This document shows positions 1 to 12,322 of a stretch of DNA of 59,799 nucleotides, piece by piece (position 1 is the stretch's first letter; each line of letters opens with the position of its first letter). A program made the position numbers and the translations under genes. A model generated the notes under the pieces. It had not been told where the DNA came from, made no database searches, and saw nothing but the letters and a program-made list of their open reading frames with translations. Source of the DNA: Chromera velia (taxonomy: Eukaryota); the NCBI GenBank assembly GCA_018398765.1, contig JAHBMJ010000009.1:1-59799 (forward strand), read 5' to 3'.

Positions 1-629
1 CTCTCATGCAAGAAGGCCTCACCGTTCTTCCACACCTCCTTGAGGGACACGTTCGCATACTTCTCCGAAAAGTCTTCAACAAGCGAAACAAAATGACTGA
101 AACGATCCGTCACAGACATCACGACCATCCGATTGGACATTCTTCAAAGAAAAGGAAACTGCAAGGAGCCTGTCACGGGGAAATAAGTCCCTGTGAATGT
201 TTTCGGGTAGCTGTGTGCGTCGCTCTTCAGGGAATCGCCAACTGAGAACGATGCGACAACACCTTCATTCGACCAGTCAAAGATGGTCAACGAATCTACC
301 TTATCTGAGTGGGTCGACCACTCTGCTACCACGTTGGAGAGTGGCAGTTAGTTGGCTAGCATAATGGAGCTTATAGGTCGTAAGTTCAAGTTCTGTCATA
401 CAAGGTTCGTACTTCTCTCTAAAGCAATGCTCTATTGCTTTCAGACTGACTGACCTGCACAGACTTGCATTGCATGTGTATTGACTCATAGACGGCGCGA
501 CGCCATGCATGCGGCTAGGCTCGGCATGCGTGCGGCTCATTCCATTCTGATACATGGAACCACTTATTGTCACTCAGACGCTCACATCGTTACGCTACTT
601 GAAATTTTGTGCTGCTCAAAAATCCATTC

Positions 630-850
630 TTGAAAGGCCGCGCCGCAGGCGTGGCCTATGTTTTGAAAAGCCGTGCCGCAGGCGCGGCCTATGTCTTGGA
701 AAGCTGCACCGCAGGCGTGGCCTAGGTTTTGAAAAGCTGTGCCGCAAGCAGAGCCTATATCTTGAAAAGCTATGCTGCAAAGAGAGCCTATGTCTTGAAA
801 AGCTATACGACGCAAGCAGAGCGTATGTCTTGAAAAACTATGCCGCAAGA
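630..850. repeat. 33-bp tandem repeat, about 6.5 diverging copies
   Basis: Unit approx. TTGAAAAGCCGTGCCGCAGGCGCGGCCTATGTC; gives 11-aa periodicity in ORFs 554..874 and 582..1136. Confidence 0.85.
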
Positions 851-1476
851 CGAGTTCATCCAACACTGGTATGAAGTCAGGCCTCGGAACATGAAGGGAC
901 AGGACCCTCTTTCTTTGAGCACCTGCTCCGTCTGCCCCTTCCATCACCAAATGATGAAACCCAAGGTAACGCAGCTTTTTCTTCACTGTCCTAACCCACC
1001 TTTCAACATCTGTGTGTGTGTATGAAAGATTAGTGGGGATGATTGCAACGAAGCACATGTGCGAAACAAACTCTGATACAAGAAGACATAAGACAAGATA
1101 GAGAACAGAGGTAGCAAGACCGTACTTTTTGCACAAATTGAAGACGTCTTCGGGAAGATCAAAGGTGTTTTCATCGGGCCTGATGGGCCCTCAGAAAAAT
1201 ACCGTGCCTACATGCAGAAAGGCATGCCGGGGCCATGGTTTCCAGGGCCACGTGGTACTCCGTAAAGGCACCGCAACAGTGGGGTGCATACGCATACAGT
1301 GGAATAAATTTTGGCGGTACGAAATAGTACGAAACGGTGCCGCCGCTCAAAAATCCTAACTTAAAATTAAATACCGCTGAAAAATCCAATTTTGAAAAAT
1401 GTTTTTAAGAACAGTTTAGAGTGTCGGGGGGGTAATTGGCGAAAGACACTGCATGTATGCATGCGTGGGCTGAGGT

Positions 1477-1603
1477 ATTTCTGTTTTGTAAGTGCCCCCC
1501 GCTTCGCTTTCTAGGGTCATTTCTGTTTTGTAAGTGCCCCCCGTTTCACTTTCCGGGGTTATTTCTGTTTTGTAAGTACCCCCCACTTCGCTTTCCGGGG
1601 CTA
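1477..1603. repeat. 42-bp tandem repeat, 3 copies
   Basis: ATTTCTGTTTTGTAAGTRCCCCCC... starts at 1477, 1519 and 1561. Confidence 0.9.
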
Positions 1604-2217
1604 TCTTACAATAGGTGACTCAGTACAAAAGGCCCTCAATTAGAACCAAAAAAAGAATACGCATACGCCCCCCGGCCCCCCTAGGCCCCACCCGCGCCGC
1701 GGTCCACTGCTGAGCCTCGACTTGCACCCTGAGAGGCACGGTTGTCGCCGCGGGGTGGCAAACGGTCAGAAGTAGGCTAGAACCGCGGCGCTAGCTTGGG
1801 CATGCACCGCGGCGCAGCCGCGGTGCTCACCAAGGCTGCTCTAGAAACACTGCCCCGCGGCCCCCGCGCGAGGCCGCCGCAGCTATTATATATAGTGGTG
1901 CATGGTCCCGTCAGGCATGTGTTTGCAAAAACGAAACTGCGCGCGATACCCGAATCATCCGATTATATAGTCAGTTTGCGGTCGCGATTTTTGAGGCGGC
2001 AACAACCGGCCGCCTCGATCGCGAATAACAGTCTTCAGAAGACAATGTGGTTTCTTGCCCACTCCACGGTGATCAGTCACATGCACTAAGTATACGCCCT
2101 TGCAGTAGTCGTCCGTGAACGTGTCAGAGCACCCCTGCAGTCGAACGCTTCTCCTTCGCAGCAGCGTCTCGCCCAATACTACTAGGAGAAGACTGATCAA
2201 CACTTACATCAAGCAAG

Positions 2218-3848
2218 ATGATGAACGTTTTCAGACTTGCAGGTGACATGATTCACCTTGCATCCATCTTTCTTCTTCTTTTCAAGCTTACACGAAGCAA
2301 ATCATGTGTGGGTGTGTCGGCAAGGATGCAAGAGTTGTACTTGATTGTCTTCATGACACGATACCTCGACCTCTTCTTCCACTTTGTCTCAGTATATAAC
2401 ACCGGTCAGTGGTTCTCACTCTGTGCTCTAGCTGATCGCAGCTTTAGATAGGTTCCAGGGGCAGTCAATAAGCTTTTCCACTTGCAGTTCAGATCATCGA
2501 TCGGCCAGATGAACCTATGGAGCTGTTTGCGATGCATCTGATGTCTCTCTTTGCCCTTCTGTCTGTTCGTTGCAGTCATGAAGATCACTTTCATCAGCTC
2601 AACAGCCTACCTGATCTACCTGATGAGATTCAAGGCCCCCAGTCAGTCTCTTTGTTTGGTGTCTTCTCTCCCCTTTCCCCGGAACGAATGGGAGGTCTCC
2701 TGCATGCTTCTTTCAAAATCGTTCAGACTGACAACAGTTGTTAGACCTGTCTCTTTTTCACACGCGAGTCCTTGCTGAGTGGACGGGGCATTGGCGTAGC
2801 AGACACTGTTAAGAACACTTCTTCTCTCGCCGTGGCAACACTTTTCATTCTTGTTCTTGATACATGTGTGCAGTCAACACGACATACGACAGATCAGCAG
2901 ACAACTTCAGCTACGAGAAGTTCCTGCTTCCCCCGTGCCTGGTGCTCGCCTTCCTGACGGCCGAAGAGTGGGAGTTCACAGAGGTCTGTGTTTGCCTTTT
3001 TTTTTAGAGAGAGGCCTTTCATGAGTAGATTCAGAGAGGCTTGTGCTTATTATTGACTGACCGAGATGTGAACTGACATGACGGGGTTTTGTCCGTAGGT
3101 TTTTGCATGTGCGGGTTGGTTGAGAAATTGCGGTTCTGCAGGGGGGATGAGATGGGAGAGTGGCCGAAGGAATGCGTGGCCATGTTCGTGCGTGCATGCG
3201 TATGGTTTGGGTCCGTTTGTGTGAGTGAATGTAGGGGCATTTGCAATGGGCATGCATGTGTGTGCAGATTCTCTGGACGTTCTCCATCTGGCTGGAGTCC
3301 GTGTCCATCATCCCCCAATTGGCACTCTTGCAGAAGATGAGAGAAGTGCGTGCGTCAGCTGCCCGCTCGCCTGCCTGCCTGCCGGGTCTCATCTTTGCTT
3401 CCTAGCTTGTTCTTTTACCTTTTTGACCTAAATTTCTCCCTCAACCGTCTTTCTCCTCTTTTTCCATTCTTTCTGGATGCTGGAGAGATCCAACTTCTGG
3501 CTTTGGCTCTTCCCTTTTGCCTGTCTTCCTGTCTTTGTCCGTCACTTAATTGTCGTTTTTTTTCATTTCTCTCCTTTCTTTTCGCTTGGGGGGTAACTGC
3601 AGGTCGAGAACTTGACTTCTGATTTTGTTGGGGCGATGGGCATCTACAGGGCTCTGTACATTCTCAACTGGGTGAGTCACGAGTACCCTCAGGGTCTCTG
3701 TCTCTCTCTCTCTGTGGGGGGGGGNGGGGGGGGGCTGTGCATGTGGATACTTAATTGTGAGAATGCGTTTTTCAAAGAAAATGCATGTACATACACGATG
3801 GGTCGGTGTGCATCTGTGTGAATGTGGATTCTTCGTATGTGTCTGTGG

Positions 3849-3886
<38 letters not shown>

Positions 3887-5080
3887 TGTAGATCGTGTCA
3901 AGAGAGGTCAGAAGGGTATGTTGTGACGAGCTTGTTGTAAGGACAAGAGGCAAAAACAGTTGCGGTGGTGAGTCCTTGATGTGTGAGTCACCGTGTAACA
4001 ACATCAAGCAGCGTATCGAAAGAGAGAGAATAGAAAACGAGAGAGTTTCTTCCTTCCTCTCTGTCCGTCTGTCGTCCTCTTCTGCCTCACTACCCTCGCT
4101 TGAACGAAATTTGCAGGTGTACAGATTTTACACGGAAGGATACGTTAACTGGATCGGCTGGGTACGTGAGTTCTTTTTTTTTTCTCTTCTGGAAGGAGGG
4201 TGGGAAGGAGCGGTTTCTATGTCTATTTGTAAGGCATGTGAAAGCCGTGCTGCACTGCAATGCCCCGTTCCTCTCGTTTCCTCCTGTGTTGTTCTGTGTT
4301 CGAGACTGTTTCGTCTTCGACTGCTCTTATTTACCTCTCATCGCTTGGCCCCTTTCCTCTCGCCGCGCGCGCGCGCCCTGTGTACGTGTGTGAGCCCGCC
4401 TGCTATTCAAATGAAGCGTTTTCGGAGAGATGAGATGAAGATGTTTGATTTCTCGTCTCCACATTCGCATGCAGGTCGGAGGCCTTATCCAAACCGCCTT
4501 GTACTGCGATTTCTTCTACTACTACGTTAAAAGGTCTGTCTGTGCGTTTCACAGTTGCGCAGAGCATTGAAACTAAACATGTTTTTGTCATCGAAACGGT
4601 TTTTCCACACTCCCCACTTTTTCTTTTGCTGTGCTATCCGTGGTGCCCCCCCCAGTCAGTCGGCATGCAGGGAGGGCATCGATGGTCTAATGCGCGTCTT
4701 TCCATGGCTCTGGTATTTTATTTGAACGAAGCTGAAGCTGAAAGTTCTCTCTCCTCCAAAATGCATAGATAGAAAGAAAAGAGTGTCGAGCTGCGTGAGA
4801 GGGAACCTCTGAAGATCGATTCCTCTCGGTGTCTCCGTACTTGACGGAAAGAACTCGAGCAGACGGGAAGAAGGAAATGAAGTATGCGCACGCACACGTA
4901 CGCAACATACCAGAGAAGAGTAGCCTCTTCAGCAAACTCGTCTCAGCCCGTGCACTTGGCCAACATTTGATCTGTGCTTTCTTTCTTTCTCTCTAAATTC
5001 GTTGTTGGATGCGTTTCTGCTTGACTGCGTGCAGCAAAATTGCGGGAGAGAAACTTCGTCTTCCCATGGCAATTGTCTGA
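2218..5080 (+). CDS. ERD2: ER lumen protein-retaining receptor (KDEL/HDEL receptor), 8 exons
   Basis: Exons approx. 2218-2404, 2576-2641, 2874-2983, 3268-3346, 3603-3671, 4117-4161, 4474-4532, 5035-5080, joined by GT-AG introns. Translation: [105 protein letters not shown]. Confidence 0.96.
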
Positions 5081-8000
5081 TTGATGATCTGATGAAGCGG
5101 GGAAGAAAAGAAGACTCTCTATTTGAAATGATGCCTGCCTGTATTCTGCCTAACTTTTTGTTTGTCTGTTTCTCTCTCTCTCTCTTTGTCTCCTTCCTTC
5201 CTTCCTTTTCTCTCGAGAAGTCCCCGCCGAACGATGGACGGTGTCGTCGATGGTTCGGTTTTCGGCTTTTCGATCTGAAAGGAAGGAAGGAGGAATTCTT
5301 TCAGCGAGGGACGGAGGGACGTGCACTTCGGAGCGCTGAGTAGAGGAGCACTGGATTCTTTGATGCAAGGATGGAAGGGCGGATGGATCTGCATGTCTAG
5401 TTGGTCGGGCCGGGTCGAAGCGAGGATTGAGAGTTAACCGAAGGAAGAAAGTTGCGGGGAGAAGGAATTAAGGAGCCTGGGCGTCATTTAAAGATCAATG
5501 CAGTCGATCATTTAAGCTGCTTGCCTGTTCTGGTGGTGCCTCGTAAACAAACGTGAAAGTGTGTGTGCATTGCATGCGTGAGTGTACATGCATATGCGAG
5601 TGTACGTGCATCTGCCTTTTTGCGAAGGAGCGGGAGGGAAAGGGCGGATGGTGTGGGAGAAGAAGGAAAGGATTTTTCAGGTCCGTCCCCAGTCTCTCTC
5701 TCTCTCTTCTTTGTTTGTAGCGATGAAGAAGACAGAAAGAGAAGAAGAGGAAGAGATGCTTCATTTCTTTCTAGCCAGGCAGCTGAGGGGATGAAAAGCG
5801 GGGGGGGAGGGAAGGGGGTGTAGCGTATAGCTGTGGCAGCTGGCCTGGAGTGAATTTGCGGAGAGCTCAATCAATCAATCAAAAACTCCGATCGTCTCGG
5901 ATGAATCAATAAGGCGATAGTCATCTTTTGTTTTTTTGTTACACTAGCTGTGCTTGCGTGCCTCACACTTCTTCTTCTGCGTCTTTGGAGCTCGTCGCGA
6001 TCGCGGTAGGGGCAACAGCAGGTCGACTGAAGGTGGAAAGAAAGAATTAGATGATCGAACAAATGAGGTGAGGGAGGGGAGGCAGTCAGTGGGTTGGTGC
6101 GTGGGGGGATTAACCAACGAGTCTTTTTAGGTGAATAGGGGTGGGAGTAGGCAGGTTCTATTCATCAGTGGGCGAGCGGAGTCTGCATTCCCTTGAAAGA
6201 ATTGAGAGATTTCTGTCGCTACAGTTCTTTTGGGTCTTTGTTATCGACAGGAACTCTTCTCTGAGTGTGTAGGCTTTGTCTTCGTCTGTGTGAGGGAGNN
6301 NNNNNNNNNNNNNNNNNNNNNNNNNNNNNNNNNNNNNNNNNNNNNNNNNNNNNNNNNNNNNNGGGGGGGGGGGGGGGGAAGGGAAGGAGGGACTGCCTGC
6401 TTCTGTTTCTGCAGCAGCACGCGACTCTCTGTTTCTCTCTTTGTAAGCATGCGTGTGCGTGTCTTCGTGTGTTTGTACGAAAAAGTGAACGTGGCGCAGT
6501 GCCTCTGCATGAGTGCGTGTGCATCCCCATGCATCCTTCGGTGTAAGTGAAAATCATTGTGTAACTCCTTTTCCGTACGTACCACCGGAACTTTGAGGCA
6601 GTCCACCGTACAGCGTCACTGTTTCTTCCTCAATCCGCTCCTTCGACCAGCAAGCAGGCTGCATGAATTCTCGATTGTCGCAGCGAGTTAACCCCCTTTT
6701 TCTGACTTGATCGCCTAGTTGATCGCCCAAGTTATCGATCTACCTCTTCTCTCAATTAACGATGGACCGTCTGCTTGCATGCGTGGGTAGTCCGTGATTT
6801 TTCGCCTTTTTAAATTATATGCAAGAAGTGATGCACAAGCCCGGGATCCTAATTCCCAAGCTCATTCCGGCCCAGATCTAAGCCCAAACCCTTGTGTAAA
6901 TCCTAATATGAATCCATGTAAGCCCGATGATGATGATTGAGGGTTAAATCCTAGATCCAGCGATGCCAGACCCCAAGCCACTAAGAAGGCTTTGAGGATA
7001 ACCCCATGTCATGTAAAACGCTCATTCAACCTAGGTTTCATGGAGCATTTGAAGGCTTGCAAGACTAGGCGGCCCCTTCGCTTTTATTCGCTTTAGTCTT
7101 AAGCATGCACGCCAGACGGAGGTACCCAGTCTTCGAAAAAGACAAAACTTACATAGCAGACAACAAACCAACCCTCCTTTGTATGCTGTGACAAAGCGGC
7201 CCTTTTTTAAGTTTTATACTGTGATCGGCCTCTGCGCGCACGGCTCCGGCAAGCCCGCTTGATGCAATGTGTTATTGCTTAAAAAAGCTAGGTGTTGCAC
7301 ACGTAAAAAGCATGCATGCACGCGCATCAAATTTCTTAATCTGGTGTAATTTTGGCCATCTGGAGAGGATTTCAGCCTCTTCAGCGGCGAAGCTAGCTTC
7401 ACTCAGGAGGGGAATCGTAGGCTGATCGACACAACAGGCCGTCAGTAGTAAGTAGAGGAAAAGCTCTAAGATGCTGGGTCTTTTGTGTTGCAATTCACTA
7501 AATAGAGATCGAAATGCATAACATTTCAAAATCGATGTTGCAACTGCAAACTGTGTTGTAAGCTTCCCTACTGAACTTCATCTGAAGCTAGACTGCTTTT
7601 TATCGATCTTCTTTCTTTCCTAATGAACCTCTAGAGGTTTTTACAGACTTTGACGGTCTTTTGTCTGCTTCTTTGTAAGAGAGCAGGCCTCTAGAAGGCC
7701 AGGAAGGCCTTGTAAAAGTGCTTGGGACTCCATTTTGGCCTTGAAGTTCACTCCGCGCGATTCAAAAGTGATCGGTCAGCTATCAGATCGGCCTTCCCAT
7801 AGGCCTTCGCAGCCTTGCAGCAACCTGTCTGCCCTTTGTTTGATTGCTTTTCTGCTAGAAGGAGGCTGCTGTAAGCTTTGGGACTCTATTTGTCTTTGCA
7901 GGATCGATATAAGCTTTCGATCGATATGTGACATCGATAGGAAGACTGTCAGGTCAAGGCTCGAAAGGAACCATCTCGCGAGCACGCTCAGCTTCTGACC

Positions 8001-8773
8001 GACATGCGAATACAATCTCATGTAGCGAAGTTAACTGCAACATCGAAGCCGATTTTTGCACGTAGTGTTAAAAATTAACTTTGAAAAATGTACAAAAACT
8101 TGATAGGTTAATTTTTATCACTTTTTTATATTTTTTTTTGTACACTTTCATAGAGCACAAATCAAATTAATCTGATTTATGATATTTTTTTTTAGTTTCT
8201 GATTTACAAAAACATTTTTTGAGTTTAAAATTGCGTTGTCAGTATTTATATGCTGGTCATATTAATTTGCCGACTAGCTAGCTTACCGATACATCATGTA
8301 TACTTGCTAAACGCTATAGACGCCCAGCTAGCTATATATTCATCTAGAATAGTTTTTAGATTTAATTGTGGGCTAAAGTTGAGTCTGCCATCTAACCTGT
8401 GCCAGCTTAAGCTTAATAGGAACCTCAGTAGCTGTAATTGACTAGAACTAGGACTAGAAATTTAGTAAAAAAATATATTACGGTTACAAAAATAATCATA
8501 TTTTTATTAAAAATTTTGATACACTTAGTAGTGACTTACTAATATATAATTATTGAAATATCAGAAAAATAAAAAATAAATGTTCCACCTTCTGTATGTA
8601 AAGCTTGATGTAAAGGAAACCTGTATTGCATGCAATTAAAATGTGCACAAAAGATCAAATACAGTTGACCTAGCAGTTAACTTTCATTCTAGTTTTCATT
8701 GTGATATTGTTTAAGCTAGTATTCAAGTCATGTTGAATCTAGTGTTGAATCTCTGTACACGTGCATTTCGTGT

Positions 8774-11700
8774 TTATAATTTGACCCCTGGTCGTTGCAA
8801 GAAGGCCAGAAGGAAGACGAAGCTGACCCCGAGTCCCGCAGCCAGGAAGAGAGGCCGCACGACTCCATTGATCAGAAGGAGAGTCAGAGCAGAGTTGCCC
8901 ATCTCCACAACATTGCTCGTGTCTATCGGGTAGACGAGAGCAAAGGCAAGTGTGTAAAATACACATACGCACATCCAAAAAACACAAAAAGAAATCCCAA
9001 CCAGTCGCCTCCGATTCTGCCTGAACAACCAGAAAGCTCGGAAGGCCTCAGGGAGAATCCACTGCTTTGTTGCCTGACACATCGCGGCCATATCTGTTCC
9101 CTCCCCCTTCTCGTCTCCTTTTTGCCCAACCGTCCCCCTCCTTCTCCATTGCACAATTCTTTCCAGCGTCTTCTCCCTCTGCCACGCAGGGGACAGAATA
9201 GAAAGGCCCAGGGGGACCACCACCTTGTTTTTCCTCCTCCTACACAGGCCCCGATTCGCAACGGTGGAAGAAGCCCAAAGGAGATTCGTTTGGTCTAGTG
9301 TGATGCGATTACCTTTCTTGGCAAGAGCACTGATGTCTTTCAGCTCTCTCACCTCGGGGGTGTGCGGCTTGAGGAGAAAGTCTGCCAAGAGCCCCACGTG
9401 AATTGTGAGTGCGTAGACGAACAACACTCCCAAAAGGGAGCTGTCGGAGAACGACGACAGCGTTGCAATCACGACATCCATGGCTGTGAGGTCACTTGAT
9501 AATTCTGGAGTGTTGGAACTGAGTACCCCAAAAAACAGGAGCAACAGGAACTCCCACGTGAAGACCATTGTCCACTGGTGCAATGCTTGAGTGACCCGCG
9601 ACACACCGGGGAGAACTGTGTGATTGCCTCCCAAAAACATGGAGCTGAGGGGTAGAATAAACAACCGGATCTGAAGGTAGACCAAGCCCCACCCGAAGAA
9701 TCGAACTCTGCAGACACAAAGAACGCAAATGTAGAAGCACTTCTTCAACAAGCATTCGGATACATTGAAAATAGACAGCACACACGCATGTACGAACCTA
9801 CATGCAGTAAAAAGAAGAACGGAGACAAGAAAGAGAGCAATACTCCAAATTTTCGTGCAAATGGTCTGACAACAAAAAAGTTCGACATTCAACGCACATC
9901 CCTTGCTCCGTCCACATTGAACAATCCTCCCTTCCTTCCTTTCTCTCTCTCTTTCCCTCGGAGTCAGCTTCTTTCTCTCTCTCCCCAAAACTTTCTTCCG
10001 TTTAATCCTGTCTGAAACCTTCTTCCTCTCTCCGCCTTTTCTCACCTTTTGACGTCCTCTTCCACCTGTTCCTCCAATTCTCTCCACACAGGCAGCCTCC
10101 TCAGGGCTGTCGTCTCGCAGGCCTTTGCTTTCAGACAGAGATGACCGATAAAACGGAGCGTCTCCTCATTTTGCTCTCTCTCTTCCGGCGAGATATGCAC
10201 GTTCTCTGTACCCACACGGGACTTCAACATATTTCTCTGATGGGAGCCAATCTCCATGCGTGCCCCCTCCCCTTTCCCCTCCCTGCCCTTCGTTCCAATT
10301 TGGCCTCCAGGGTTCTTGGCACTTCCGCACTGGTTTCCGGGAGAAGAGACAGATAAGACGGAAATGTCCAAACCGACAACCCCGCTGGGTGATTCTTTGC
10401 ATTTGATGAACAGGCGGAGGACAGACACGTCGGGGCGTTCCTCGAGAAAGTGAACGCAGAACGACGGACACAAAGTCTGTCCGAGGTCCTCAACCTTCTC
10501 TTGAGAGGAAGAGGAAGGCAACTCCAAAGAGGCAGCGGAGGACTCAACACGCCACTCGCGCTCTGCAACCTCAGTCAGAACATCTGCCTGCTGCTTTGTT
10601 TCCACTTTACGCCCCCCGCACCCCCCTCGAACCGTCCCCGTCCTTCTCCCTTTCAAAATTCCTGCAGGCGAGGCTGCTTTGATCAGGCGGGCCGACAGCA
10701 CAGCCTGTGAGGGAATAATTACTCCCAACCTGGCACCTGCACCATCCAGGAATCCTGCGCCTCTTTCCTTGAGAAGAGGAGGGGGAATAGCGCCGGACAG
10801 GGGGGGTCCCCCAGGATTCGCGGCGCTAATCTGAGGCAAAGGGAGGGGAAAGCACAATCAAGAGGAAGAAGTGAAGGCAGAATGAATCAATTCAGCCAGC
10901 GAGGGACAGGTTGCAATGAATCAAGGCTCAGCAGGGAAACAAGGAATCCATGAGGGAAGCTTGAACAGAAGAGCAAACAACTAAAGGGCACGAAGACGCG
11001 AAGTTTTCAAGCAAGTCAACCGTTGGAACAACTGATTCTTCCACAACTCTTCCACAATAGCACTGCCCTGTGGTATCGACAAAGAAAAAACCAAGCACAC
11101 GCACAGAGGGCCTTTAACTTTCACGTCAGCCATGCATTGTGCAATAGAGTGAGCTGTGCTTTGTCCAAGTGATCCAGATGAAATTGCATCAACGCAAAAT
11201 GCATGTTGGCATGCCAAGCGACGTACCTTCAGAAAAGACCCTTTGACTTCAAGCCTCACAGAGACGCTCTCAGATGTCCACAGCAACCCCCCTTCTCCTC
11301 GACCCTCTTGCTTCTCTCCCTTTTCCCCTTCCCCGCTAGAATCGACTAGATCTGTACCATGCTCTACGGCCTCCTTCCACTCATCACTTCCTAGTTCCGG
11401 GACAGTGGGTGGCCAGGGTAACAGAAAACCCCGGAGGTCGAGCAGACTGAAACAATGACGCTCGCGGTTTATATCATCAGACGCTTCCTTGATCTGATGC
11501 TTCTCATTCTCACCATCCTTCTTTCTCTTCCTCTCTTTCCACCTTCTCACTGCATTGGTCACCAATTGCCACCTCCTTGCTTGTCGTTCTGCCAGGCCCT
11601 CCAGCCGCTTTCTGAACGTCCCGGACCTGATGAGGAACCTTGCCGCAGACAGGAGCTCCCAGTCCTCCTCTCCGATTGGGTCTACAGAGAGGTCCCTCTT

Positions 11701-12284
11701 CCACCTCAACCCAAGATTCGATCTGAGGCTGAAGGGAAGAACGGGGGGGGGACGAGGATCCCAGAGGGGGTTCAAGACTCTCGAAGTATTTGTCTGTCTC
11801 CCCATGGGGGTTCTGACTGCTGCTGCTGGTGAGAGGAGACGACGGTCTTCAAGGAGACACAACTCGGGGGAGACCACCACAATCTCCCTGTGCGACCCCA
11901 AGGATGACGTGTTCGATCCTACTCCCTGCGAGAGGAGTTTCTGGGCATCGGCTGTGAGAAGAGCCACGAGGTCGGTCTGTCTGAAGGCGAGCATGCCGAG
12001 GCCTTCAAAGTATTCATCAAATTCCGAGGGCACCTCTTCCGCGTCAGACGCCGTCAACGGATAAGCGCACTCGTTTGAAAATCGATGTTGATATCTCCCC
12101 TCATTCCCTGACACCCCCTCTTCAGCAAGGCGCTCTACTTGCATTTGAAGGAAGGCAAGGGAACAGCAGGGCGGGCGGTGTCTGCCGTCCCATGCAGCTG
12201 CCAAAACTGGTTTGTTGGAGAGATAGGCAGACTCCAGAATGCTCAAAGTGGCTCTGGGACTTCGCCGGTCCCGGAGAAGAGCAC

Positions 12285-12322
<38 letters not shown>

